Source: a virus (lineage: Duplodnaviria; Caudoviricetes). From it: a stretch of 64,000 nt of DNA. Within the stretch, counting starts at the first letter, position 1. The number at the start of each line of letters is the position of its first letter. The DNA lies in IMG/VR virus record IMGVR_UViG_3300028591_000127, positions 32,001-96,000 of that record; one strand, 5' to 3'. The position numbers and the translations under genes were made by a program. Below, piece by piece: positions 21,083-31,366 of the stretch. The notes beneath the pieces were generated by a model. It saw only the letters and a list, made by a program, of their open reading frames with translations. It did no database searches and was not told the DNA's origin.

Positions 21083-22399
21083 TCAATTACCTCCTTTCTT
21101 AGCTAATCTATCTTTTTCTGTTAGTCCACCAAAAATAGTTTCATATTCTGGTTTCCAATTATCATTTAACCTTAGTTTTGGGAGAAATTCTATTAATTTA
21201 TTTAAATGATTTTTCCCTTTGGTTATAGAACAATATGACTTAAGCACTAAATTTTTGTAATCTTCCCAGTTTGATATTTTTTCTTGAGACCTCAAGTTAG
21301 TTTTTATAGATCTAATGATAGATAAAACAGTAGTTTTCTCAGAATTATTTGAAATGGAAAGTTTCTTCTTTGCCTCTTCTTTTCTCTGTTTTTTACTGAT
21401 TTCAAATTTTTTATCAATAAATTCTATAGTTAGACCTCCAAAAAGAAGTTCCAGTTGTGGTGTCCATCGACTATCTTCTTTTAATTTAGGAAGTATTTTC
21501 ATTAATCGATAAAAATGTCTTTCTGCGCCAGATATATCACTATAAGCTGATAATATTATCTCGTAGTATTCATCAAAAGATTTTATATCTTTTTTGGATT
21601 TAGACATATTTTTTTCGAGCTGATTAAATGTTTTAGTTATCGTAAGGTTATTAACAGCTTTCTCCCTATTCTCTGGGGTATTGCATACTCCCATAGGGTC
21701 TCCGTACTCTTCTATATTTTTGTTTACCATCCTTTGAATTGCTTCTTTAGATGCATTTGGTCCATGAAGAGTACCATATTTTTCTAAGTTAGTTTGTCTT
21801 CGTTTTTCATTAGCTTCTGGAGTGAATGCATTAATAAAACCTCCATGACCATATCGTTCTTCTTTAGTTTTGTTTCCTTTTGCAAAAGCTTCTGGTGTAT
21901 GGCAGTTAACAAAAGTTTCTCCATATAGTCTTCTACGAGTTTCGAGCGATCTTTCAATAGATTCTCGACAACTTACGCTCATATCATCGGCGCCCCATGT
22001 TAGGTTATATCCGAAGCAGTCTGGATCTTTGACACAAGTATGCAGAGTTTTTATCCAGTAAACTTCTTTTTCATTTAGTTCTTCTCGATTTTTTCCTACA
22101 TCTATTATATATACGATAAACGACTCGAGACCATATTTTTTCCAAGCCCTATATAAAGCTCGTGTCTCATTTAATTCTTCAGAAACAAATCTGTTGTAGT
22201 CTCTGAAATGTCCTACATAGGTTTTACTAAATCTGTTTCTTACTTGGACAGTTTGACCTATATAATTTTTACCATTTACGTTGTTATGTACACAGTATAT
22301 AACATTTTCCATCAAAAAACCTTCTGGAAATTTGTTATCATAGGCATCAAGAAGGCTCATTGTTGATAAAATGTTTACTTCTATATTATTTAGTATCAT
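21083..22399 (-). mobile_element. Free-standing GIY-YIG homing endonuclease (Seg-like)
   Basis: VIYCVHNNVNGKNYIGQT GIY-YIG motif, ALYRAWKKYG, ELNEKEVYWI, GYNLT; RRQTNLEKYG-type repeats; more AT-rich than flanks; inserted in the baseplate operon. Confidence 0.85.
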
Positions 22400-22403
22400 A
22401 GTC

Positions 22404-23168
22404 CTAGTTATTTAGTGATTTGGATGATGATTGCGCCGCACCTGTAAAGCAGCAGAAAGGAATTCCACACCAAGCTCCACGTCCTTCTGGAGTTGGGGTT
22501 CCGGCTACTGTTACTGAAGCTCCAGTAATTTTAACATCAGGTGAATCTATTGTACATGATCCACTTACTTTAGCACTCAAAGATTTTCCAACCTTAGCGT
22601 CAACATTACCATCAACTTTTATCGTTGTGTTTCCATTTACCGTTATGTCAGAGTTACCTTTAACTACGGCTGTAAAGTTTCCATCGATATTAACTTCGTG
22701 GTCCTTAGTTATATGCACTTTTCCAGCGCCTTCCATCTCTACCTCTAAGTTACCTTCCTTGTCTATTTTAATCCAGGAAGTACAATCTGGTGTTGGTTTT
22801 GAGTCTTCTTTATCGTCATACCACTCTCCCTTATCTGTATCTGGGAAAATTAAATCCTTGCCATTATTTGAATTATTGGCATCGACAGGGATAATACCAA
22901 TCTGAATAAAATCCTCTTTTATCCAAATCTTCTTACCCCTTGATCGAATACCTATAAAATCGTTCTCTTTTAGCTTTTTATATAAATAGTATGAATGATA
23001 AATTGGGTCTACTTCCAACAACATTACATTATCCCCTACTCTTGGCTCATCTACCTCTCCTCTAAAAGGAAAAGCATTGAGTTTCTGATTTTTACCAGGG
23101 ATATCTACCTCAATCGTATAAAGATCGGGGTCTAATACTTGTGAAATAACACCAAAATAAGTTTCCAT
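22404..23168 (-). CDS. Baseplate central spike (gp5/VgrG/gpV-like)
   Basis: Likely start METYFG at 23168; N-terminal OB-fold-like region (EPRVGDNVMLL), 8-residue beta-helix repeats (VKGNSDIT VNGNTTIK VDGNVDAK) and a Cys-containing tip (WCGIPFCCFTG). Confidence 0.8.
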   Translation of the reverse strand: METYFGVISQVLDPDLYTIEVDIPGKNQKLNAFPFRGEVDEPRVGDNVMLLEVDPIYHSYYLYKKLKENDFIGIRSRGKKIWIKEDFIQIGIIPVDANNSNNGKDLIFPDTDKGEWYDDKEDSKPTPDCTSWIKIDKEGNLEVEMEGAGKVHITKDHEVNIDGNFTAVVKGNSDITVNGNTTIKVDGNVDAKVGKSLSAKVSGSCTIDSPDVKITGASVTVAGTPTPEGRGAWCGIPFCCFTGAAQSSSKSLNN

Positions 23169-23172
23169 ATTA

Positions 23173-24336
23173 TTAAATTGAAACGCCCCTTGTAATATCA
23201 TCATCAGTACCCACATTATAGCCGCTTTTATCCTCAAGGCCAACGAGTACTGAATAATAGTCAAATTCTCCTTCACCAACCTCATTAGCTCCCCAAGAGA
23301 TTTCTAGTGAGTTTTCTTTGATGAGGTAAAGTCTCTGAATCACAGTCTTTGTTTTTCCATCTGCATAATCTTCCTCGATTGCAGGTTCATATATTGTTAC
23401 TACATCTCCAATCTCATACTTAGGAAAGAGTTTATTAACAATAGTCATGTGATGGAAGTAATTTGAGGACTGATATTTTCTATTAAAGACACCATTCTGA
23501 TAGAGTGGTTCATAGTCTTTTTGGAAGTAGTAATAATTCTTATATTTCTGATAGACTTTCAAATTTTTACTTTCCCAATTAGAATAATCAAGAACAGCCT
23601 CAGTATTTTCTGTGTCATTCCAGAGGTCAATTTCTTGGGCGTAGAGATCAGGTTTACTTGTATCCTCCTCTCTATAAAGATCTTTATCAATTTTATAGAG
23701 TGTTGGAGTTCCTAAGCTTAACGTTATCTTGTCTTTTTCATCTTTTTCACCTCTAGAATTAAATTCACCCATAGTATCTTTCAACAATAGGCCTTCCATT
23801 CCATAAGCGAATATACAGTCTCTCTTAAAGGAGTAGCAGAGTTTAGTACAAAAATCTGCATTAGTTTCATTATTCTGAAAATATCTAGGATCCTTAGAGA
23901 TATCAGACTTTATCTTTATTGATTTTTTCCAGGGATATAAGCTGTTAATGACATCAGCTATTGGGTCGTCGTAGTATAAAGTGATCTTCTCGTTATAGAA
24001 GTCTAACTTATTTATACAACAAAATTTAGCCTCAAAGTAGTTATTACTAAACTGGACATAGGAGTAGACACATAGTTTAATGATTCTTTTCATACCACTC
24101 TCTACGTGTCTAATCTCCAAATCTCCAGTTTTATATTTTTCTTTAAAGAACTCTATACTAGTGCCATCACCAACGTAAGTTAATCCCATTCTTCCCGTTG
24201 CCGGCTTTCCACCAAGCTCCTCATGAATCTTTATCCAATCTAGTTTAAAAGAGTTTTGAAACCAAGGTTGAAGATTGACCAATAAGTCTCTTGAATCATG
24301 AAAGCCTGAGGTCCATAGCTGTGAGTTATCTAGCAT
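23173..24336 (-). CDS. Baseplate hub (gp27/gpD-like)
   Basis: Between gp53-like and spike genes; FQNNETNADFCTKL and YEIGDVVTI motifs typical of hub proteins. Confidence 0.55.
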   Translation of the reverse strand: MLDNSQLWTSGFHDSRDLLVNLQPWFQNSFKLDWIKIHEELGGKPATGRMGLTYVGDGTSIEFFKEKYKTGDLEIRHVESGMKRIIKLCVYSYVQFSNNYFEAKFCCINKLDFYNEKITLYYDDPIADVINSLYPWKKSIKIKSDISKDPRYFQNNETNADFCTKLCYSFKRDCIFAYGMEGLLLKDTMGEFNSRGEKDEKDKITLSLGTPTLYKIDKDLYREEDTSKPDLYAQEIDLWNDTENTEAVLDYSNWESKNLKVYQKYKNYYYFQKDYEPLYQNGVFNRKYQSSNYFHHMTIVNKLFPKYEIGDVVTIYEPAIEEDYADGKTKTVIQRLYLIKENSLEISWGANEVGEGEFDYYSVLVGLEDKSGYNVGTDDDITRGVSI

Positions 24337-24638
24337 TCTTTCAAAATTCTTATTAATACATCTCTTGGTAATACCTGAATAATAGCACCCTTCTTAAGAT
24401 CGCTCAGACTTACTCCACAAGAAAGCATAAAGAGGCCGAGAAGGTCGACATCATTATATAATTCCTCACAGATTAGGTCTGGGCGATACTCAAAGGTTCT
24501 AATTTCATAAGGTACTCTTTCTGAATGGGCATCACGAATCTTATCTAGAAGAACAGAGTTGAAGACATCGACACCATCAATATAAGTTGATAAGTCATCA
24601 TCCTTAGAGATGAAATTTTCCTTATTTCTCGTAAACAT
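24330..24638 (-). CDS. Baseplate wedge gp53/LysM-like protein
   Basis: YEIRTFEYRPDLICEELYND matches the gp53 RPD-x-I-x-x-x-x-Y motif. Confidence 0.7.
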   Translation of the reverse strand: MFTRNKENFISKDDDLSTYIDGVDVFNSVLLDKIRDAHSERVPYEIRTFEYRPDLICEELYNDVDLLGLFMLSCGVSLSDLKKGAIIQVLPRDVLIRILKEC

Positions 24639-24644
24639 AGTATA

Positions 24645-25844
24645 TTATTGATTAGAAATCTTACTAGAGGCTTCCTTAACCGCACCCTTAACTTCCTGAT
24701 AAGATCCTTTAATTGCATCATCAATCTCTTTGATTTTAGTCTTAAGATTAGTACCATCAACGAAGTCCCAAAGCAATGAATTACTTACCTCAGTTGCAGG
24801 TTCAAGATTAAGAATAACATCGCAAGATAAAGGAGCTCTCAGTTTATCACCATCTGGACACTTACACATTGTTTTAGAGTAGTTAAAGGCTGCACTACGT
24901 ATTACTAAGTTATCAATACAGTAATAACCACCAACAACAAGTCTTAAGGATCCAAAGTTACAAGTATCGATATCTACAATACCTGTTCTGTATCCCCCAG
25001 GAGGTAGCTGCCAAAAAGCAAACTGTTGACCTTGAGCCTCTCCAGCTTTGATAGCAACATGAGGTCCTGCAGCATAGTTCTTTAGTTCCTTGATATAGGT
25101 ATGAACATCCTTCCACTTACCAGAAGCATCATATCCAGAAAATACAGTATACTTCATTACCAAGTTACCGAAAGTAGTCTTAGTCCCCTTAAAATAACTA
25201 AACTGAGTTCCTGTAAGATGAAGAGCTGAGTTAAGATAAGTTAAGGCTTCATCTCTCATACCATTATCATTATTCACGAAACCATTAGCATATTGCTTAA
25301 CTTTACCAAAATATTCGTCAGCTAATCTTCCCGCAGCGTCTGTTATTGGGGAGAAAAACTCGCTAACACTATCCATAGTTTCCTCACCAAAGATTCTATT
25401 GGCAAACCCTTTGACACTCTCTGTAGCTTTATTAACTAGTCTTTGCGTATTGCTTGTTAATTCACCGAGCATCCTAGCATTTTCTTTTGTACTAAAATAG
25501 CCAATATAACCAGATAAAGACCCAGTAACATCAGTAATTAAACTCCCTAAAGGGTCACCTCCTCTACCACTAAAGTCATTGTTTATTGAGATATTGAAAT
25601 CTTCACCAAGGACTGCTCTAGCAATAGGCTCTTCTTGATACCCAAGACCTTTACTACCTGTGTCTGCCATCTTAGGTTTTGAAGTCTCTACAAATTTACT
25701 ACCATCATACTCGCTACTTGGATGGAGCGTTACTGATAGGAGTGGATTATTTAGCTGGTTGTCGTAGTAGAAGCCATTAATACTAAAGGGATTTTTTTCT
25801 GGAGCCTTAGAACCATAATTTAGTTTTATATTGTGCTCTGTCAT
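24645..25844 (-). CDS. Baseplate/tube-initiator-like protein (gp48/gp54-like)
   Basis: Directly after the tape measure; C-terminal LVIRSAAFNYSK...PLSCDVILNLEP resembles tube-initiator folds. Confidence 0.5.
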   Translation of the reverse strand: MTEHNIKLNYGSKAPEKNPFSINGFYYDNQLNNPLLSVTLHPSSEYDGSKFVETSKPKMADTGSKGLGYQEEPIARAVLGEDFNISINNDFSGRGGDPLGSLITDVTGSLSGYIGYFSTKENARMLGELTSNTQRLVNKATESVKGFANRIFGEETMDSVSEFFSPITDAAGRLADEYFGKVKQYANGFVNNDNGMRDEALTYLNSALHLTGTQFSYFKGTKTTFGNLVMKYTVFSGYDASGKWKDVHTYIKELKNYAAGPHVAIKAGEAQGQQFAFWQLPPGGYRTGIVDIDTCNFGSLRLVVGGYYCIDNLVIRSAAFNYSKTMCKCPDGDKLRAPLSCDVILNLEPATEVSNSLLWDFVDGTNLKTKIKEIDDAIKGSYQEVKGAVKEASSKISNQ

Positions 25845-25847
25845 GAA

Positions 25848-28800
25848 TTATCCTCCTTTATACATCGATTTAGGTTGAACTTGTTGAGGCGTAGGAATAG
25901 GTGCAGAAGATTTTACTGCACTAATAATCCTATCATTTCCAGAACCCGTTATAGTACCGAGGGCTGCCATGTCTTTATTATTCTGAACGCCCACTGCTAC
26001 GATAGTCTGTTGAACATTCTGAACTACTGAAATTAAGTTAGCTAAGATTTGTTCCGTCTTACCGCTTTTATCATTCATCTTCATATTATTTAGAGTGTCA
26101 GTTCTAAATCCTTCCAATACACTACTGAGGGGCTCATCACTCATCCAATTAGGAATAACGTACTCACCACCATGGACAGTAGCATGTTGAGAATGATTTG
26201 GATTACCCTTAATTCTTCCACCAACAGCTTTAGTGACAGTAGTACCAGAACTTCCCCACCCGCTCGAACCAGATAGTGACACTAACGGAGTTTCTTTCGC
26301 TGTCTCTGAATAAGATTTCTTAGAGGTATTAAAGATACTTTTAAGTTTTCCAGATTTTTTATCGACAACGTTTTCTGATTTTACAACAAGATTATCCTCC
26401 CATCCTTCTTTGGCAACCTCACGTATTTCACCCTTAAGGTCAGAGCTTAAATTCTTTGATTTTATATATGATACAGCAGACTTCTTCTTGCTACTACTAG
26501 TGTTTTTCCATTCTTCACTTGCGAATACTTCTCTAAGCAGTCGGTTATATTCTTCTGGGTTGTCCTTGAATTTACCGTTCCTGAAGTCGTTTTCAATAGC
26601 AGCAAGTTTCTCCAAGGCAGAAAGTTTACTATATAAGACATCCCTAGTTTCTAGATATGTCTCCGTAATATCATTCCAAGAGTAGTTTAGAGCTTTAACA
26701 ACCCCATTTCCGTACTTCTTGATCATTTCTGCCATACCACCACAGAAACTACCAGCACTTTCAATGCACTTTGTCAATTCAGCATCAAGATCTTCTGTCT
26801 TAGTATTTTTTAACTTCTCAGCCTTCTCTTTTCTTACTCTTGCTTCCTTTACGGCATTTTCTAGTTCTTTGACCTCTTTTTCGTTAAGATCTCCAAAAGA
26901 CTTAAGTTCTTCTATGATGTTAGTATATTCATCTTCAACGGCATCTCTCATTTTGACATACTTAAGAGCAAGTTCTTGATCAGTAAGACCTTCATTGCTT
27001 TCAAGAGAATCAAAGTACTCATCAAAATGGGATCTTTTATACTCAATATCACTTAATTTGCCAATCTTTTCATTATATCCTTTATTAACACCAATAAGTC
27101 TACCTTTATCTTCTGCACTCTTTCCAGAACTGAGAGATACCTGTCTTTCTCCCATCCTTGCTCTTTGATTCTTCAAGAGTTTCCATTGGAAATATAGCTC
27201 ATCTTTTCTTTCTTTAGGAGTCTCCTGAGCCTTCATTTCAGCCTCGACCTTTCTAATTTCCTCAAGATTTTTAGCCATTTCTTCCTGGTTATAAATAGAA
27301 GACTCAAAATCTGCTTTAGTTACTCCTTTCTTAGCAAAATTATAATCATTACCTGCCAAAACCTTTTTATAAAGCCCTTTTACTAGGTCACTGTTGGCAA
27401 CGGCTTCTCTAACCTTCCCTGAAGAAGAGGAGATTTCTGGAAAAAATTGTCGGAGTTCTTCATCAGACATAGATCCTAACCACTCATTAAATCTCTCGTC
27501 TACGTTAGATGTATTATAATCAACATAATCTCTTAGATATTTTTGAGCTTTGGGGTCTAACTCTTGATAGTACTTTCTGAAGTTCTGCCTTTCAGCTTTA
27601 TGGTCTCTATATTTATAGTCTTGCCGAAATGAAGTTCCAAGAGTAGTAGTGGAGGTATCAGTTTTTGATCTATAAACTCTATTTTCAGGACTTAATAAGT
27701 TGTCTAATAGCTCATCAGAAATATTATGTGTAATATCGCGAGATACAAAAACATCATTAAGTTTTTTCTTAATGTGTTCTCTGCTATAGGATCCTGCCTT
27801 ATTTGTATACCAATCATTGAAATCATCGAAGTTCTTAAAGGCCGTACCATCACTCCTGTGTAATGCTATTTTATTCTCATAGGCTTTATTCCAGATTTCA
27901 CCGGCTTCGTATTTTATCTGTGATTCCTTAACTTTTTCTTGAGGAACCCTAGTATCACCGATAGTAGCTGGCTCTCCTGCAATGAAATCAGCAACGTCAG
28001 ATGCAACTTCCCCTAGACCAGTTTCTACACATTCCTCTCTATGGCCGCCACCAACGCGCTCACTGGTTTCTCCACTAGCTTCCTGAGGTGCGTTAGAAAC
28101 TTGTTCCGGAATAGAATCGACCTCTTGTCCTGTATATCCTCCGCTTGATATCGCTGTATCTATAGTGCCTTCTTCTCCAGCGGCTTGATTATAGGTTTCA
28201 TAAGCCCCATTAGCAAGTTTTATTCGACTCTCATGTTCCTGATTTACTCTTCTCTGGCTCCATCCTGCCTGTCTTGCGGTTCTCGTTGTTCCATCATAAC
28301 CTGCGTATCTCTCATAGTATGCCCAAGCTTCCGAGGCTTCTTGTGGAGTTTTTGCAGAACTTAATCGTCTTTGTACATCTCTAGTATCAGTTCCTGTATA
28401 TGGTACTGATCCATCTAAAGTACCCAGAAGAAAATCTAATTGAGTTCCAAGATCACTCCATTTCTTTCCTTTCTTTGAAGCATACTGATTAAGACTCCTC
28501 AAGTTACTTCCATTCCACATAGCAATACCACCAGAGTATAAGCCATTACTATCTTTTACAACTCTTCCTGGATTTACAGCTGATTCTGCACGTAAATTAC
28601 CGACAATACCTGCTGCCTGCTCTTTAGTCAAACCTTTCTTAGTAAGATAGTCCATAGCAAAAATTACATTGGATCTTTCTTGAGCCTTAGTAATTTTAGT
28701 TGATTTTGTAATACCAAGAAGATTAGCTGTTGATCTAATACCCTCACCAATCAAGTCACCAGCCTTATCGAACACATACCCACTCCTTTCTTTCATTCCT

Positions 28801-31085
28801 TCTATTTGCTGAACGAATGGGTGGTTTTCTTGCTGTTGTTCGTAAGCCTTTCTTTGACTAATAATATCAGTGATTTTGTCTGTATATTTAGAGTAATCAG
28901 CGAATTGACTTTTAAACCATTGACTCTTGGAACCTTTATTTTTCCAGGCTCTTCTTACTCCAGTCTGACCACCACTCTCCTTAACAATATTATTTTCGAT
29001 ACCGCTAAGAACTAGAGCTACATCATCCTCATCTTCCTGTTTATATAAAGTTCTTTCAAGGATCTTTAGGTCGTTCTCAGAGAGTTTATAGTAATTATAG
29101 GTGCCCGTGCCTTGACCCCTAATATTAGCCGCTGGTCTAGGATCTGTTGCTGGAACAAGAGTTAGTCTATAGTCTTCAGTTTCAGCCCAATCTACTAATG
29201 AAGTGAGTCCACTTTTTACAACCTGTCTTGTAGCATATCCTGCACCCAAGGCCGAAAAATTGGCTGTTCCACCAGTAGCTAAAAATATACCACCTCCAAC
29301 AGCAGCACCCGCAACGTCGCCTACTACTCTTCCTACCTGGTCACCCCAAGATTCACCATTAAGACCCATGGGTAGTTTCTCGGAGCCGTCAACGTTATGA
29401 TTGTTAGAATACTGTAGAAGTTGTTGATCAGCAGTATATTCTTCTCGAACATACTTCATCTTAACTGGGTGTGCTAAGAGTCTCGTTCTATCGGCGGGAT
29501 TTTTGAAGAATCTTATTATAAATTCTCTATCTACATAAACCGAACCATTCTTTTTAGCAGCCTTCTTAAGACGACTAAGACCTGCCAGAACTCTACCAGC
29601 ATCTACGTGACCATATTCTTCGGCATCTACGTAGGCGCCCATGATGTCACGACCCTGAGCAACAGTACTTGCAACAGATCCTGTCAATTGACCACTGCCA
29701 TCTAGAGCTGTACTATGAAGAGCATAAGCATACCGGCCTTTATCGTTTTTCGTTTCAAGAACATAGTCACCACGAGAAGTATTTGTTCCAACACCTAAAC
29801 TCTCAAACTCGCTATTACCTCGTCTTCCAATACCCTCTTTAATTTGATTTATATTTTTATTAGCAAGAGTACTTTTTTCAATATTCTGTTTAGCTGCAAT
29901 ACTAGCACCCTTAACAGGATCAACGAGCGTAGTTAAGACAGTTCCTAGATAAGAGCTGATGTTACTGAACGTGGAGGAAATTATATTACTAAATCCTGTC
30001 AGAACACCTTTTAGTTGGTTTCCTAAGAGTCCATAATCTTGATTAGCAATATTATTTCCTATATCACCCATTGATGGGAAAGGAATGCTCTTGATTGCCT
30101 CTCCACGAATAGCCATCTGCTTTTCAAACCAAAGCCTAATATAATCTCCGAAATTAATGAAAAGATTTTTAAATTCTCCGGCTAGTGATGTTTTCGGATT
30201 TTTAGCTTTGGACATATCACCGGTAAGGAACCAGATTAGGGATCCTCTAAGGTCTTTACCGGCAGCTCTTAATTGTGAGGCTTTCCTTCCAAGCCCAAAG
30301 AAACCAAGAAAATCAGTAATACGGTCATAAATTTGATTTCCGAGATTGATGACCTTATCCCAGTTCTTAGCGAGGAATTGAACACCGAAAATTAAGAGTA
30401 GAGTTCTTATCTGACTACCAATAGTTGTGCCAATCATTCTAGGATCTGAAGCTTTAGCAAGTCTAGTTGTTGTGGCTTCCATCTTTTGAAGCATCTTATT
30501 AATAGACTTACTCAAGCTCCACTCTTTTCTATCATATTCCCTTATCCTTTTATCATTGGCAGCTTTCTGGTGGGAGAACATATTTTCAAGCCAAGTTTTA
30601 AATCTAGCTTGACTCTTTCCTTCCGTATTGTCTGCTGCCTTAAATTGTATAGGTCTACCTTGAATTGGACCTCCAGCGTTAGCAGGGACAGGGACGCTAT
30701 TATTGGTAGTTACATTATTATAGTTATTGTTTATTGTTATGTTGGGTGGCTTAACCTGTACTTCCCTTCTCTGGCTTCTCTGTACTTGTGGCGCACTAAC
30801 ACCGTACTTTCCAAGTATAGCCGCTGTCTGAGGAGATACTTGCTGACCACCACCACCTTCGTTCATTGCCGCCATAGCTCCAGCAGTTCCTAGGGCGTTC
30901 ATTAGCTGTCCTTGATTAGTAGCTTCTTGTTTCTCAACAGCAAGATTCTTAGCCCTTTCTCCTTGAAGTGCAGTTATTTGATTCATATACTGTTCTCTTA
31001 AGGCGGCATCTTGTGAAGGATCCTCAGCTCTATTAGTAGCTAATTTATTCGTCCTCTTATTCAATTCATCTGTAATTGCTGACAT
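25848..31085 (-). CDS. Tape measure protein with phage-tail lysozyme domain
   Basis: 1745 aa, helical; GLTKEQAAGIVGNLRAES...GIAMWNG...QLDFLL (about 28200-28670) is a Phage_lysozyme2-type domain; C-terminal AVGG...VHGGEYVIP motif. Confidence 0.8.
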   Translation of the reverse strand: MSAITDELNKRTNKLATNRAEDPSQDAALREQYMNQITALQGERAKNLAVEKQEATNQGQLMNALGTAGAMAAMNEGGGGQQVSPQTAAILGKYGVSAPQVQRSQRREVQVKPPNITINNNYNNVTTNNSVPVPANAGGPIQGRPIQFKAADNTEGKSQARFKTWLENMFSHQKAANDKRIREYDRKEWSLSKSINKMLQKMEATTTRLAKASDPRMIGTTIGSQIRTLLLIFGVQFLAKNWDKVINLGNQIYDRITDFLGFFGLGRKASQLRAAGKDLRGSLIWFLTGDMSKAKNPKTSLAGEFKNLFINFGDYIRLWFEKQMAIRGEAIKSIPFPSMGDIGNNIANQDYGLLGNQLKGVLTGFSNIISSTFSNISSYLGTVLTTLVDPVKGASIAAKQNIEKSTLANKNINQIKEGIGRRGNSEFESLGVGTNTSRGDYVLETKNDKGRYAYALHSTALDGSGQLTGSVASTVAQGRDIMGAYVDAEEYGHVDAGRVLAGLSRLKKAAKKNGSVYVDREFIIRFFKNPADRTRLLAHPVKMKYVREEYTADQQLLQYSNNHNVDGSEKLPMGLNGESWGDQVGRVVGDVAGAAVGGGIFLATGGTANFSALGAGYATRQVVKSGLTSLVDWAETEDYRLTLVPATDPRPAANIRGQGTGTYNYYKLSENDLKILERTLYKQEDEDDVALVLSGIENNIVKESGGQTGVRRAWKNKGSKSQWFKSQFADYSKYTDKITDIISQRKAYEQQQENHPFVQQIEGMKERSGYVFDKAGDLIGEGIRSTANLLGITKSTKITKAQERSNVIFAMDYLTKKGLTKEQAAGIVGNLRAESAVNPGRVVKDSNGLYSGGIAMWNGSNLRSLNQYASKKGKKWSDLGTQLDFLLGTLDGSVPYTGTDTRDVQRRLSSAKTPQEASEAWAYYERYAGYDGTTRTARQAGWSQRRVNQEHESRIKLANGAYETYNQAAGEEGTIDTAISSGGYTGQEVDSIPEQVSNAPQEASGETSERVGGGHREECVETGLGEVASDVADFIAGEPATIGDTRVPQEKVKESQIKYEAGEIWNKAYENKIALHRSDGTAFKNFDDFNDWYTNKAGSYSREHIKKKLNDVFVSRDITHNISDELLDNLLSPENRVYRSKTDTSTTTLGTSFRQDYKYRDHKAERQNFRKYYQELDPKAQKYLRDYVDYNTSNVDERFNEWLGSMSDEELRQFFPEISSSSGKVREAVANSDLVKGLYKKVLAGNDYNFAKKGVTKADFESSIYNQEEMAKNLEEIRKVEAEMKAQETPKERKDELYFQWKLLKNQRARMGERQVSLSSGKSAEDKGRLIGVNKGYNEKIGKLSDIEYKRSHFDEYFDSLESNEGLTDQELALKYVKMRDAVEDEYTNIIEELKSFGDLNEKEVKELENAVKEARVRKEKAEKLKNTKTEDLDAELTKCIESAGSFCGGMAEMIKKYGNGVVKALNYSWNDITETYLETRDVLYSKLSALEKLAAIENDFRNGKFKDNPEEYNRLLREVFASEEWKNTSSSKKKSAVSYIKSKNLSSDLKGEIREVAKEGWEDNLVVKSENVVDKKSGKLKSIFNTSKKSYSETAKETPLVSLSGSSGWGSSGTTVTKAVGGRIKGNPNHSQHATVHGGEYVIPNWMSDEPLSSVLEGFRTDTLNNMKMNDKSGKTEQILANLISVVQNVQQTIVAVGVQNNKDMAALGTITGSGNDRIISAVKSSAPIPTPQQVQPKSMYKGG

Positions 31086-31366
31086 TATTTAAAGATATTA
31101 TCCTCAACAAAGTCATCTGGTTCTTGATGATTTATAGTTATCCTCATATTTCCACTACTTCCCTGTTTATCTCCAAAAGTCATTAATGGGAAGTCAGGAT
31201 CAGTACCTTTACTTTCGTCGAGGAAATTATTATAAGCCTTTTTAAGTTCATTTAAGAACTCCATTGTATACCCCTCAATATTGTCAACTTTCAGGAACTT
31301 ATTTAAATAGAATTTTAGATCCATCAATCGGGCAATTGACATAGAGGTCTCGAAAGAAATCGACAA
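31085..31366 (-). CDS. Tail assembly chaperone, second part (gp51/gpT-like; possibly a frameshift extension)
   Basis: Short ORF overlapping the upstream chaperone in the +1 frame and abutting the tape measure start. Confidence 0.5.
   Translation of the reverse strand: MSISFETSMSIARLMDLKFYLNKFLKVDNIEGYTMEFLNELKKAYNNFLDESKGTDPDFPLMTFGDKQGSSGNMRITINHQEPDDFVEDNIFK

Noticed and set aside
21083-22399. Group I intron around the GIY-YIG gene
   Set aside because: Flanking genes are complete and intergenic gaps are only a few nucleotides, leaving no room for a ribozyme core.
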